Source: Escherichia coli phage Wa28
Reading direction: 5' to 3' (one strand)
Sequence record: LC788710.1
Length of the DNA stretch: 64,000 bases
The position numbers and the translations under genes were made by a program. Below, piece by piece: positions 9,435 to 17,045 of the stretch (within the stretch, counting starts at the first letter, position 1; every line of letters begins with the position of its first letter). The notes under the pieces were generated by a model. The model was not told where the DNA came from. It saw only the letters and a program-made list of their open reading frames with translations, and ran no database searches.

Positions 9435-9601
9435 AATAAACCCGTTATTTCAACGGAATTTCTTTTTCAAATACAGGAGACTTATCAGACATTACTGTCA
9501 TAGCCAACTGCTGTAGAAATTCGAATGAGAGTTTTAAACGTTCTTCACCCAACTCAACCTCAACACACTTCATTTGCTTATCAACCTTTAGCTTTAGATT
9601 A

Positions 9602-9823
9602 TCAGCCCTCTTCGGGTTCTCTTTGCTCAGCTATTGCTAGCCAGTCTGGTAAAAGAAACTTAGTACGAAATTCTTCATATGTTTCTTCTGGATGAAAGCT
9701 ATAGCCTTGCTTTTCATCATTTAATAAAACCGAACCGTCTTCCTGTTCATAAGCTCGGTATGTTTCACCAATAATTAAAACTCGTCTATTGGGGTTTTTA
9801 TTACGAAACTCAAAAACGTCCAT
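9602..9823 (-). CDS. hypothetical small protein
   Basis: ORF track 73 aa. Confidence 0.4.
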   Translation of the reverse strand: MDVFEFRNKNPNRRVLIIGETYRAYEQEDGSVLLNDEKQGYSFHPEETYEEFRTKFLLPDWLAIAEQREPEEG

Positions 9824-9838
9824 AACGTTTCCTTAAGT

Positions 9839-9913
9839 TGGTGCGGGATACGAGAGTCGAACTCGTGTCTACTGGTTGGAAGCCAGTTATTCTAGCCACT
9901 GAACTAATCACGC
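9839..9913 (-). tRNA. tRNA-Gly (anticodon TCC), manual call
   Basis: GAGTTCGACTC T-arm, CCA end, anticodon loop CTTCCAA. Confidence 0.55.
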
Positions 9914-9919
9914 ATAAAT

Positions 9920-9995
9920 TGGCTGGAGAAGGAGGAATCGAACCTACCATTAACGGAGTCAAAGGCCGTTGTGCTAACCGTTACACTACTCTCCA
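9920..9995 (-). tRNA. tRNA-Gln (anticodon TTG), manual call
   Basis: U1-A72 and discriminator G as in bacterial tRNA-Gln; loop CTTTGAC. Confidence 0.55.
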
Positions 9996-10001
9996 AGTAT
10001 T

Positions 10002-10077
10002 TGGCTGGGATGCCACGGATCGAACGTGGAACCTTCGGAGTCAGAGGCCGACGATCTGCCAATTGATCTACATCCCA
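10002..10077 (-). tRNA. tRNA-Gln (anticodon CTG), manual call
   Basis: U1-A72, discriminator G, loop CTCTGAC. Confidence 0.55.
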
Positions 10078-10084
10078 ATAATTT

Positions 10085-10285
10085 TTATTCTACAGGAACC
10101 GTGGCAATTGGATCTGGTTCTTCTAGACGTTTACCATTATGGTCAACACGAATAATACCACAACCTTCACAGATTACAACAGCACCATAGCCTTCTTTAA
10201 CTTCGGCTTCTGTAATCAGACCAGAAAGATCACCAGTATCTTTGCCCCACATATCGATAGAGCATTCTTTGCAGAAATCAGCCAT
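10085..10285 (-). CDS. hypothetical Cys-rich small protein
   Basis: 66 aa; CKEC...CEGC. Confidence 0.4.
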   Translation of the reverse strand: MADFCKECSIDMWGKDTGDLSGLITEAEVKEGYGAVVICEGCGIIRVDHNGKRLEEPDPIATVPVE

Positions 10286-10309
10286 ATTTTAGTTCCTGTA
10301 TAAGTTAAT

Positions 10310-10384
10310 TGGTGCATCCTCAGGGAATCGAACCCCGATCGTAAAGTTCGTAGCTTTACATTCTTTCCGTTGAAATAAGGACGC
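10310..10384 (-). tRNA. tRNA-Arg (anticodon ACG), manual call
   Basis: GGTTCGATTCCC T-arm, anticodon stem-loop GTAAAG-CTACGAA-CTTTAC. Confidence 0.55.
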
Positions 10385-10389
10385 ATATT

Positions 10390-10465
10390 TGGGGTGGCTA
10401 GTGGAATTCGAATCCACATAGGCCTGATTCACAATCAGGATCATTAACCAATTATGATATAGCCA
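10390..10465 (-). tRNA. tRNA-His (anticodon GTG), manual call
   Basis: Discriminator C, loop TTGTGAA, GGATTCGAATTCC T-arm. Confidence 0.6.
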
Positions 10466-10469
10466 CAAT

Positions 10470-10847
10470 TGAATACTATTAGGGGATGATCAGTCCTCCA
10501 TTTGGCCGTCTAAGGTACCAAAGTTAGTCATTCTGCGCACAGGTTTTTCTCCTGATTCTTTATTGCGAATGCTCTCTAATAATACTCAATTGTGGCGGCT
10601 CTCCGAAACTCTTCTACTCTAGCCTTAGCAGCTTACTCCCGAACGCATGTCGGGAAAGTCTTACTAAGAACATCAAATAGCACCGTTACACTTTGAGCCA
10701 TTAATGTATCAAGAAGCAGAAGGACTTGAACCTTCACGAGATAGACCATTTATCTCAGCCTCGTTTTCGGGTATCTTATGAGGAGTGGATGTTCCCCTTA
10801 CGCCCTTTAGGAAGCCCCGTCTACCGATTCCGGCATACTTCAAGATT
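10470..10847 (-). other. ORF-free segment inside tRNA cluster with T-arm-like motif; candidate degenerate tRNAs or small RNAs
   Basis: No ORF of 60 aa or more on the transcribed strand; GAAGGTTCAAGTCCTTC motif (reverse complement near 10720) without an obvious acceptor partner. Confidence 0.3.
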
Positions 10848-10937
10848 TGGCAGAAGATAATGGAGTCGAACCATCACCGTATCACTACAGCGGGCCGGTT
10901 TTCAAGACCGGTTACGTACCACTACGTCCTATCTTCT
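10848..10937 (-). tRNA. tRNA-Ser (anticodon TGA), class II, manual call
   Basis: Long variable arm, anticodon stem-loop CCGGT-CTTGAAA-ACCGG, CCA end. Confidence 0.55.
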
Positions 10938-11164
10938 AGTATTTGTTCTACTTCTTTTCGAAGATCTTCTGGATTATCATGATAGGTTGTTTGCCATACA
11001 TAAATAACTCCAGTATCACATGCTTTATCAAATATTTCTCGCTCAGGAAGTTTCATGCCCATTGCGTACTTGATATGAAACTCTAAAGCTTGCTTACTAG
11101 GGAATGTATGACGCAAGAAAAACTTATCATTAACTAAATCCAACATCATAATCTTGACTTTCAT
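10922..11164 (-). CDS. hypothetical protein
   Basis: ORF track 80 aa; 3' end overlaps the called tRNA 5' end. Confidence 0.4.
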   Translation of the reverse strand: MKVKIMMLDLVNDKFFLRHTFPSKQALEFHIKYAMGMKLPEREIFDKACDTGVIYVWQTTYHDNPEDLRKEVEQILEDRT

Positions 11165-11185
11165 TTATATTCCCTATTAGTTGTT

Positions 11186-11278
11186 TGGCGGAAGAAGAGA
11201 GATTCGAACTCTCAAGCCTGCTTTAACAAGTCAGCCACTTTCCAAGCGGTTTTCGTCACCTAATCGATTTGCTCTTCC
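11186..11278 (-). tRNA. tRNA-Ser (anticodon GGA?), class II, manual call
   Basis: GAGTTCGAATCTC T-arm, long variable region, loop TTGGAAA. Confidence 0.45.
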
Positions 11279-11452
11279 GTAGATCTCAGGATTAAATCAT
11301 AAACTTCATTAGCAGATACTGGAAGTATGAGATTATACATCTTTTGGTCATACCTCTGACCATACTCTATAAACACATACTCTTTAGTTAATGTATTAAC
11401 AGCTAACCAGATATCAGTTATAGGAGTTTTCATCATGAGTTAATCCAATGTT

Positions 11453-11533
11453 TGGTAGGGATGGAGGGACTCGAACCCACACCCGAAGACTAGAACCTAA
11501 ATCTAGCGCGTCTGCCAATTTCGCCACATCCCC
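11453..11533 (-). tRNA. tRNA-Leu (anticodon TAG), manual call
   Basis: Anticodon stem-loop CTAGA-TTTAGGT-TCTAG, extended variable arm, CCA end. Confidence 0.55.
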
Positions 11534-11540
11534 ATTTTAT

Positions 11541-11759
11541 TTAGTTAGAAATAAATAGTAACCCTGCAACAATGGAACCTATGCCACTGAATACCATTAT
11601 CAGCATAGCTTCTAAGCTGATAAAGCGGACGTTATATGGAGCGCCCCAAGAATAATCAGTAAAGAAAGTTTTCTTTTCTTTAGCTAAATCTTTAATAGTT
11701 CTAAAATAGATAGCTAGTGCTAAAGCTACAAGAACTACAGAGGCTGCTAAGAATACCAT
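11541..11759 (-). CDS. small membrane protein
   Basis: 72 aa, two hydrophobic helices. Confidence 0.45.
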   Translation of the reverse strand: MVFLAASVVLVALALAIYFRTIKDLAKEKKTFFTDYSWGAPYNVRFISLEAMLIMVFSGIGSIVAGLLFISN

Positions 11760-11778
11760 ATTATTTCCTTAATTTGTT

Positions 11779-11854
11779 TGGTGGAGTCACTCAGAATTGA
11801 ACTGAGTTCCACTGCTTGCAAGGCAGTAAGTTTAACCAAATAACCTATGACCCC
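11779..11854 (-). tRNA. tRNA-Ala (anticodon TGC), manual call
   Basis: G3-U70 pair, anticodon stem-loop ACTGC-CTTGCAA-GCAGT, CCA end. Confidence 0.6.
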
Positions 11855-11859
11855 GAATT

Positions 11860-11938
11860 TGGTGGAGAATAAGAGATTCGAACTCTTCTGATATCCTCGG
11901 TGCAAGCGAGGTGTCCACTCCAAGCAGACCCATTCCCC
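11860..11938 (-). tRNA. second tRNA-Ala-like gene (anticodon TGC), slightly longer, manual call
   Basis: G3-U70, anticodon stem-loop CCTCG-CTTGCAC-CGAGG; D-arm not resolved. Confidence 0.45.
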
Positions 11939-12200
11939 AAAATCTTTAAGTTTACTAAGGCTATTAGCTCGGTGTGCGTATTACCCTCAGACATTAGCCA
12001 GTAGAGGATAACCGCTCTTCACAAACCCGATACACTATTCAGTTGCCGCTGAATCTAGTGGACTAATCTAGAACTTATTGCAAAGTATCCCCCGCCATTA
12101 AGGGTCTACTTGCAATTGTGCTTTTTGGCAGCCAGTCCTAGGTCGAGCTAATACCTTAGTGAACTTTGATGAGGATTTCTCCTCATCAATTTATATAAAT

Positions 12201-12229
12201 ATTATAACAAGAAATTAAGCATCAAGCAA
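12201..12229 (-). promoter_or_regulatory. early promoter (-35 TTGCTT, -10 TATAAT) driving downstream noncoding leader and tRNAs
   Basis: Conserved module; overlaps stop of upstream ORF. Confidence 0.6.
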
Positions 12230-12581
12230 GTACATTTTTAGCGATTTCTTGTATTTCCTTAACGTCACTAACGAAAAGGTAATCAGAGCTTCCAGAGTGC
12301 ATACTCTGCATAACCACACCATCCTCTGGTGCATCTTCTTTCAAAGTAATACCTAACCAGAACTCGGCAAAACTAGGTGTTACCTCACCTTGACTTGCCT
12401 TGAATACATCGGCTTCTGTGATCTCCTGACCAGTAGAGAGTCCCATGTACGGTACGTTCAGATCAATATCTTTGTAAAACTCAGCTAGATCTTGTTCGAA
12501 GTCCCAACCTTTAGAGATAGCGAACTCCATTGTTACATGACCGAAATAGCCTTGAACCTTGCTTGATAATTGCATTTGCAA
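12222..12581 (-). CDS. hypothetical protein
   Basis: ORF track 119 aa. Confidence 0.5.
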   Translation of the reverse strand: MQMQLSSKVQGYFGHVTMEFAISKGWDFEQDLAEFYKDIDLNVPYMGLSTGQEITEADVFKASQGEVTPSFAEFWLGITLKEDAPEDGVVMQSMHSGSSDYLFVSDVKEIQEIAKNVLA

Positions 12582-12600
12582 TTCCTTATTTTGAGTTAAT

Positions 12601-12674
12601 TGGTACTCGGTGATAGAATCGAACTATCGCAACCGCCGTGTAAAGACGGGGTTCTCCCATTAAACTAACCGAGC
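12601..12674 (-). tRNA. tRNA with atypical anticodon arm (identity undetermined), manual call
   Basis: T-arm GTTCGATTC and acceptor pairing present; anticodon hairpin CCGT-CTTTAC-ACGG appears to have a 6-nt loop. Confidence 0.4.
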
Positions 12675-12678
12675 AATT

Positions 12679-12756
12679 TGGTGGATTGCCTGGGATTCGA
12701 ACCCAGAACTGACGGATTAAAGGTCCGCTACTCTTATCCGGTTGAGCTAGCAATCC
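12679..12756 (-). tRNA. tRNA-Lys (anticodon TTT?), manual call
   Basis: GGGTTCGAATCCC T-arm, loop CCTTTAA (C at position 33 is unusual). Confidence 0.5.
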
Positions 12757-13220
12757 AATTTTTCTACTAATAATTTAAAAGCATCTAGTACAGGTACTTC
12801 AAACCATTCCCCGGATACTCTGTAGTCTTTGAGAAGATTATGTAACTCTTTCTCCGTACGTCTTTTATCTGACGAAAATCTGAAATGGTGTAGCTTGTAG
12901 TCTCTATTAGGTGAATAGGTTTGATAACTTGCTAACCTCTCATTTACATCTATAGTCATACCTATTTTATACATGCCTGGCCATGCGGGATTACCGATTA
13001 CATATACAAAACCTTCCGTTATAGGTATTTTATGTTCTCTTTTGTATTTTAAGAGATTTAAAGCTGCCATTCGATAACAGAATTTAAATTCTGAAGTTTT
13101 TAACTTACCCTCTTTACCAGAAATTTCATTATATTTGCTCATATAAGCTCTTATAAGCTTATCATCTATAATAAAATTATCAGGAAGGTTTAAGGCAGCT
13201 AAAACTTTATTAATTAGCAT
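12747..13220 (-). CDS. T5orf172-domain protein (GIY-YIG-like putative homing endonuclease)
   Basis: 157 aa; motif FVYVIGNPAWPGMYKIGMTIDVNERLASYQ. Confidence 0.6.
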   Translation of the reverse strand: MLINKVLAALNLPDNFIIDDKLIRAYMSKYNEISGKEGKLKTSEFKFCYRMAALNLLKYKREHKIPITEGFVYVIGNPAWPGMYKIGMTIDVNERLASYQTYSPNRDYKLHHFRFSSDKRRTEKELHNLLKDYRVSGEWFEVPVLDAFKLLVEKLDC

Positions 13221-13374
13221 AAACTTCCTTAATAGAGTAGACTTTCAAGTAAGGATGATTAATACCAAATTCCGCCATTACTTCATTTTCATCTTTACCA
13301 TAATGGGCTAGTGGATACTTCTTACGATCTTTACTAGAACGTAAATCACTTACTTTTAAACGAAATAATTTCAT
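13210..13374 (-). CDS. small ORF (54 aa) missed by ORF track
   Basis: ATG at 13372-13374 with AAGGA SD; ends overlapping start of downstream gene. Confidence 0.35.
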   Translation of the reverse strand: MKLFRLKVSDLRSSKDRKKYPLAHYGKDENEVMAEFGINHPYLKVYSIKEVYAN

Positions 13375-13395
13375 TTCGAAATCCTTCTATTAAAT

Positions 13396-13472
13396 TGGAA
13401 GCGGGTGCAGGAATCGAACCTACCTCTTTCTAGCTTATGAGACTAGCGATCTCTACCAGAGATCTAACCCGC
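13396..13472 (-). tRNA. tRNA with CAT anticodon (Met/fMet candidate), manual call
   Basis: Loop CTCATAA; apparent mismatch at acceptor pair 1:72, which suggests initiator-like. Confidence 0.5.
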
Positions 13473-13479
13473 AATTGTT

Positions 13480-13557
13480 TGGTCTCCGTGGGAGGATTTG
13501 AACCCCCGACCCTATCGCCCCAAACGAAACGCTCTAGCCAAACTGAGCTACACGGAG
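13480..13557 (-). tRNA. tRNA-Pro (anticodon TGG), manual call
   Basis: GGGGGTTCAAATCCTCC T-arm, loop TTTGGGG, CCA end. Confidence 0.55.
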
Positions 13558-13589
13558 AATATTCTTTGTTAACTCACTTTATAAAATAT

Positions 13590-13618
13590 ATTATACAGAG
13601 AATTAAGCTAAATAGCAA
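13590..13618 (-). promoter_or_regulatory. early promoter (-35 TTGCTA, -10 TATAAT) upstream of tRNA-Pro and the CAT tRNA
   Basis: Conserved module. Confidence 0.6.
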
Positions 13619-13872
13619 CTACATTTTTTAATAAATTTACTTATTGCGTAGGCCACCTGGAGGGTTCAAGCCCCACGGCTGACAAAGAAGTTTGCGAGAC
13701 TTCTCTTAAACGCCAGAATAGACCCGCCGATCTATCGGAACCTACTCAATAAGTAAACTTTCGTTTACCTACACCTACCTGGTCGGGAGGATTTTCAGCG
13801 ACTAGAACCGGCCGGAAACTCATCGCCTTGTTTATCTAGGAGTCCGTTCTCTAGGAAGCAGAAACCTAAATT

Positions 13873-13946
13873 TGGTGCGGTCGGAGGGAATCGAACCCTC
13901 AACTTCTGGTTGGCAACCAAAAATTATACCTTTTAACTACGAACGC
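13873..13946 (-). tRNA. tRNA-Gly (anticodon GCC), manual call
   Basis: GAGGGTTCGATTCCCTC T-arm, loop TTGCCAA. Confidence 0.55.
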
Positions 13947-14159
13947 ATAATAAGTCAATCTAGGCAGGACTTGAACCTGCTATCACTTGTGCGGATTTAC
14001 GAGAACCATTCTTTCACTCGAATCGAACGAGCTTCTACCCTCGGCAAGCTGGTGTCCCCTCTCCACCACGCTAGAATGATAATTAGTGCCTGCTCCTTTG
14101 AATCAAGAAGTCCACCCCGGACTTTGGGTCTTTGCAGTACATCACGCTGCTCTGATGTT
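13947..14159 (-). other. ORF-free segment with two T-arm-like motifs; candidate degenerate tRNAs or small RNAs
   Basis: GCAGGTTCAAGTCCTGC and CTCGTTCGATTCGAG (reverse complement) without clean acceptor partners. Confidence 0.3.
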
Positions 14160-14236
14160 TGGTACACCCACTAGGACTTGAACCTAGAACCTACCGCTTA
14201 AGAGGCGGTAGCTCTAACCAATTGAGCTATGGATGT
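14160..14236 (-). tRNA. tRNA-Lys (anticodon CTT?), manual call
   Basis: CTAGGTTCAAGTCCTAG T-arm, anticodon stem-loop ACCGC-CTCTTAA-GCGGT. Confidence 0.5.
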
Positions 14237-14242
14237 ATAATT

Positions 14243-14317
14243 TGGCGGTACTAAGGGTAATCGAAACCCTACCTCTCCCGTGACAGGGGAGTATCCTAAC
14301 CGTTAGACTATAGTACC
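14243..14317 (-). tRNA. tRNA-Asp (anticodon GTC), manual call
   Basis: Discriminator G, anticodon stem-loop CTCCC-CTGTCAC-GGGAG. Confidence 0.6.
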
Positions 14318-14889
14318 TTTAACTTTTTAAGTTCTTTAGGATTGCCTCCTAAAGAAGTGTATCTTTTACGCAACCCATTATCTGAATAACTTAACTTTCT
14401 CCCTGCACCTGACCAGCCTAGCTCTCTTACTGTAACCTCGATTATTTCTTTAGTTATAGAGATATCTTTTGGTTTATGTGAAGAGCACTCCTGACATTTT
14501 TCAGCTTTTAAAGAAATAGCTTTACCACAATCCTTACAACAATTATCATGGTTTAGTTTACTAAATCCTTTATCTTTTAAAGTCTTTTCTAGATGCTGCT
14601 CTTTTGTGAGCACTTGTAAGTTATTAAGACCCCAATAAGTAATGTCTGTGTTAATATGGTCAACTTCTAGTTCAGAGTCTAGACTTGGTAATTTCTTAAA
14701 TGCACATGCTAAAATCCTATGTACACCGGTATTTCTCTGTTGACCATTTTTATGGAGACGTATAGATAAGTATCCGTAATTACTGGTTATTTGGGTTAGT
14801 ATTTTGTTTGATTTGATACTAAATACTAACCCATCCAAACTTACTAAGTACTCCTCAAACCCTGGAATGGGTAAGGATATTCCGTGCAT
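14308..14889 (-). CDS. HNH homing endonuclease
   Basis: 193 aa; GYLSIRL...VHRILACAF...EVDHINTDITYWGLNNLQVLT, C-terminal Cys cluster. Confidence 0.65.
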   Translation of the reverse strand: MHGISLPIPGFEEYLVSLDGLVFSIKSNKILTQITSNYGYLSIRLHKNGQQRNTGVHRILACAFKKLPSLDSELEVDHINTDITYWGLNNLQVLTKEQHLEKTLKDKGFSKLNHDNCCKDCGKAISLKAEKCQECSSHKPKDISITKEIIEVTVRELGWSGAGRKLSYSDNGLRKRYTSLGGNPKELKKLKVL

Positions 14890-14892
14890 AAT

Positions 14893-15078
14893 TTACTCAG
14901 TTTTGAGTTTTTCGATAGCTTCCTCAACCTCTTTTAGAGCTTCACGACGCTCTACTTGACCTTGAAGTTCTTCAAGAAGTTCAGCTTTCAGAGCCTTAAT
15001 AATATTACCACGAACCTTAATATTATTAATCAGATTATCACGATCAGCTTCTAGTCGAGCAATTGCACGAGTTGTCAT
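14893..15078 (-). CDS. small coiled-coil protein
   Basis: ORF track 61 aa. Confidence 0.4.
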   Translation of the reverse strand: MTTRAIARLEADRDNLINNIKVRGNIIKALKAELLEELQGQVERREALKEVEEAIEKLKTE

Positions 15079-15181
15079 ATCTATTTCCTCAGTTGTTAAT
15101 GAAAAATGGTATCTGTGACTGAATTCGATATCAGCAATGATAGCTGGTTGGCTACCGGTTTACTTAACTCTACACAGAATA

Positions 15182-15264
15182 TGGCGGGCCGTGTAGGATT
15201 CGAACCTACGTTGTCTTTCGACATGGATTAACAGTCCACCGCCAAACCGCTTGGCTAACGACCC
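15182..15264 (-). tRNA. tRNA, anticodon read as GTT (Asn?) but with long variable region; manual call
   Basis: Perfect T-arm GTAGGTTCGAATCCTAC, acceptor pairing, CCA end, loop CTGTTAA, 13-nt variable region. Confidence 0.45.
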
Positions 15265-15271
15265 TAAAATT

Positions 15272-15347
15272 TGGACGACCGCATGAGATTCGAACTCACA
15301 TAAGGAGGTTTTGCAGGCCTCCGCCTAAGCCATTCAGCCAACGGTCG
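15272..15347 (-). tRNA. tRNA-Cys (anticodon GCA), manual call
   Basis: Anticodon stem-loop GGAGG-(C)CTGCAAA(A)-CCTCC; GAGTTCGAATCTC T-arm. Confidence 0.5.
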
Positions 15348-15525
15348 ATTTATCTTGCTTTTCGAGATTAGTAAACTCTAGATCTTTAGAATGTCCTATA
15401 GATCTAGCATAATAGCCATCTCCAGCATCGTAGCCTGATTTACCGCACTCACACATCTTAAACTCTCTATAATGAGTGAAAATATGTTCAGAACCACAAC
15501 ACTTAAATTTAACTAACATTTTCAT
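15334..15525 (-). CDS. small Cys-rich protein
   Basis: 63 aa; CCGSEH...CECGKSGYD. Confidence 0.4.
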   Translation of the reverse strand: MKMLVKFKCCGSEHIFTHYREFKMCECGKSGYDAGDGYYARSIGHSKDLEFTNLEKQDKSTVG

Positions 15526-15764
15526 TTAACACGCTCCGGTAAATCTTCGAGTTTATATTGAGTAGCCACATTAGCAGCATCTAGTAACAAACCCATATGT
15601 TTAAGAATCCTAGTGATAGCCTCGCCTTCTGCTTCTTCTACAAAAGTGCGTAGTTGAATGAAGTCAATACCCCCATCCATACCAGAGAAAATGTTTAGTA
15701 AGCGAAGCATTACCAGCTTACGTTCTTTCAATTCTTGTTCTGTCATGTTGCTTCTCCAGTTCAA
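15522..15764 (-). CDS. hypothetical protein
   Basis: ORF track 80 aa; promoter module upstream. Confidence 0.45.
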   Translation of the reverse strand: MNWRSNMTEQELKERKLVMLRLLNIFSGMDGGIDFIQLRTFVEEAEGEAITRILKHMGLLLDAANVATQYKLEDLPERVK

Positions 15765-15775
15765 TTTATGTAATA

Positions 15776-15804
15776 ATTATACAGAACTTTAAGCGGTTAA
15801 GCAA
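15776..15804 (-). promoter_or_regulatory. early promoter (-35 TTGCTT, -10 TATAAT)
   Basis: Conserved module. Confidence 0.6.
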
Positions 15805-16075
15805 CTACATTTTTTAAGAATTTGATGCCTTTCTTTTTCTTCTTATATTTCCACGTTAACGGGTTCTGTCGATTATGAACGCTTGAGATCTTTGTCTCGT
15901 CAAAGTTCTTCAAAACCATGTAATCACAGGCCAACTGTTCTAGTGGGATGTGATCTCCATCAAAAGCATAAACATAAGGCTGTTGACTAGCACGATAATG
16001 ATAGACTTTGTTAATTCTGCGTTTCAGTGACTTATCCGCACAGTAAATAAAGAAGTTTTCAGGATGCATCAGCAT
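15797..16075 (-). CDS. hypothetical protein
   Basis: ORF track 92 aa. Confidence 0.4.
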   Translation of the reverse strand: MLMHPENFFIYCADKSLKRRINKVYHYRASQQPYVYAFDGDHIPLEQLACDYMVLKNFDETKISSVHNRQNPLTWKYKKKKKGIKFLKNVVA

Positions 16076-16086
16076 CTCCTTAAAAT

Positions 16087-16161
16087 TGGTGCACCCTGTT
16101 CGTATCGAACGAACCTCTCAAGCTCTTCAGGCAAGCGCTAATCCATCTCAGCTAAAGGTGC
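16087..16161 (-). tRNA. tRNA, anticodon not resolved by eye
   Basis: GTTCGTATCGAAC T-arm with 5-bp stem, acceptor pairing, CCA end. Confidence 0.4.
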
Positions 16162-16167
16162 AAATAT

Positions 16168-16243
16168 TGGCAAACCTACTAGGACTCGAACCTAGACCGT
16201 ACGGTTTTGGAGACCGACATGCTGTCCAGTAACACTCTAGGAA
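16168..16243 (-). tRNA. tRNA-Trp (anticodon CCA?), manual call
   Basis: CTAGGTTCGAGTCCTAG T-arm, loop CTCCAAA; acceptor has 2 mismatches. Confidence 0.4.
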
Positions 16244-16252
16244 TGCAGAAAT

Positions 16253-16329
16253 TGGCGTCCTGTGCGGGGATCGAACCCGCAAACCCCACCTTGAAAGGGT
16301 GGTGACTTTACCAGTTTGTCTAACAGGAC
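16253..16329 (-). tRNA. tRNA-Glu (anticodon TTC), manual call
   Basis: Discriminator G, anticodon stem-loop CCACC-CTTTCAA-GGTGG, GCGGGTTCGATCCCCGC T-arm. Confidence 0.6.
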
Positions 16330-16811
16330 TTAAATTGTTTATTGGATAGATTGTTAAACTCGGAAAGTATGTCGTCTACACTTCTGTCTAACACTACCCA
16401 TTCATTAAGCCGTTCAGGAAAGCTATTATGAAGCATTTTCTCCGCTTCTCTAGCATTAAACCAAAATGACCAATGTATTAACTTATAATCACGTAAGGGA
16501 GAATAAGTTTGGTAATTTCCTAATCTTGTTTTAGGATCAGAAGACATACCAATTTTTACATAGTTATCCCACGCTGGGTTAGTTATTGCATAAATAAAAC
16601 CACAGCTGGATTTTTCTCCAATACTTTTGTTATACTTGATAAAAGATAGGGCAGATAACTTCAAGCTATATCGACGATTACTATCGCGACCAAAGTTAGC
16701 TGTACCAAATGTGAGGCTTTCTAATATTAGATCTTTGTTTATATCGGCGGGTGAACCCAACTGTATAATACCTCTATTTGCAGCTTCTTGAATTATCCGA
16801 TCAATATACAT
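16320..16811 (-). CDS. T5orf172-domain protein (GIY-YIG-like), paralog of 12747-13220
   Basis: 163 aa; GFIYAITNPAWDNYVKIGMSSDPKTRLGNYQTYSP. Confidence 0.6.
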   Translation of the reverse strand: MYIDRIIQEAANRGIIQLGSPADINKDLILESLTFGTANFGRDSNRRYSLKLSALSFIKYNKSIGEKSSCGFIYAITNPAWDNYVKIGMSSDPKTRLGNYQTYSPLRDYKLIHWSFWFNAREAEKMLHNSFPERLNEWVVLDRSVDDILSEFNNLSNKQFKSC

Positions 16812-16829
16812 ATCCTTTACCTTTAATTT

Positions 16830-16917
16830 GGTGGGCGTTAATGGAGTCGAACCACTCGAGTCGCAATGACCAGGGATTTACAATCCCCTCCGCTACCACT
16901 TACGGAATAAACGCCCA
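16830..16917 (-). tRNA. tRNA-Tyr (anticodon GTA), class II, manual call
   Basis: Anticodon stem-loop GGGGA-TTGTAAA-TCCCT, long variable arm, CCA end. Confidence 0.6.
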
Positions 16918-17045
16918 TATTTAGAAGTATTCAAATACTTGTTTAAACACTTTTAAATATGTTTTCCAAATTAGATATCTATTATATCAAGTTTTGAAGG
17001 ACTGAGCAAGTCAAATTTTAAAGAACTTGCTCAGTGCTACATCAG

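Noticed and set aside
9838-10155. 105-aa plus-strand ORF
   Set aside because: Spans three minus-strand tRNA genes; its translation mirrors tRNA sequence
13437-14174. Plus-strand ORFs 13437-13631 and 13872-14174
   Set aside because: Overlap tRNA genes and the ORF-free tRNA-like segment; no translation signals
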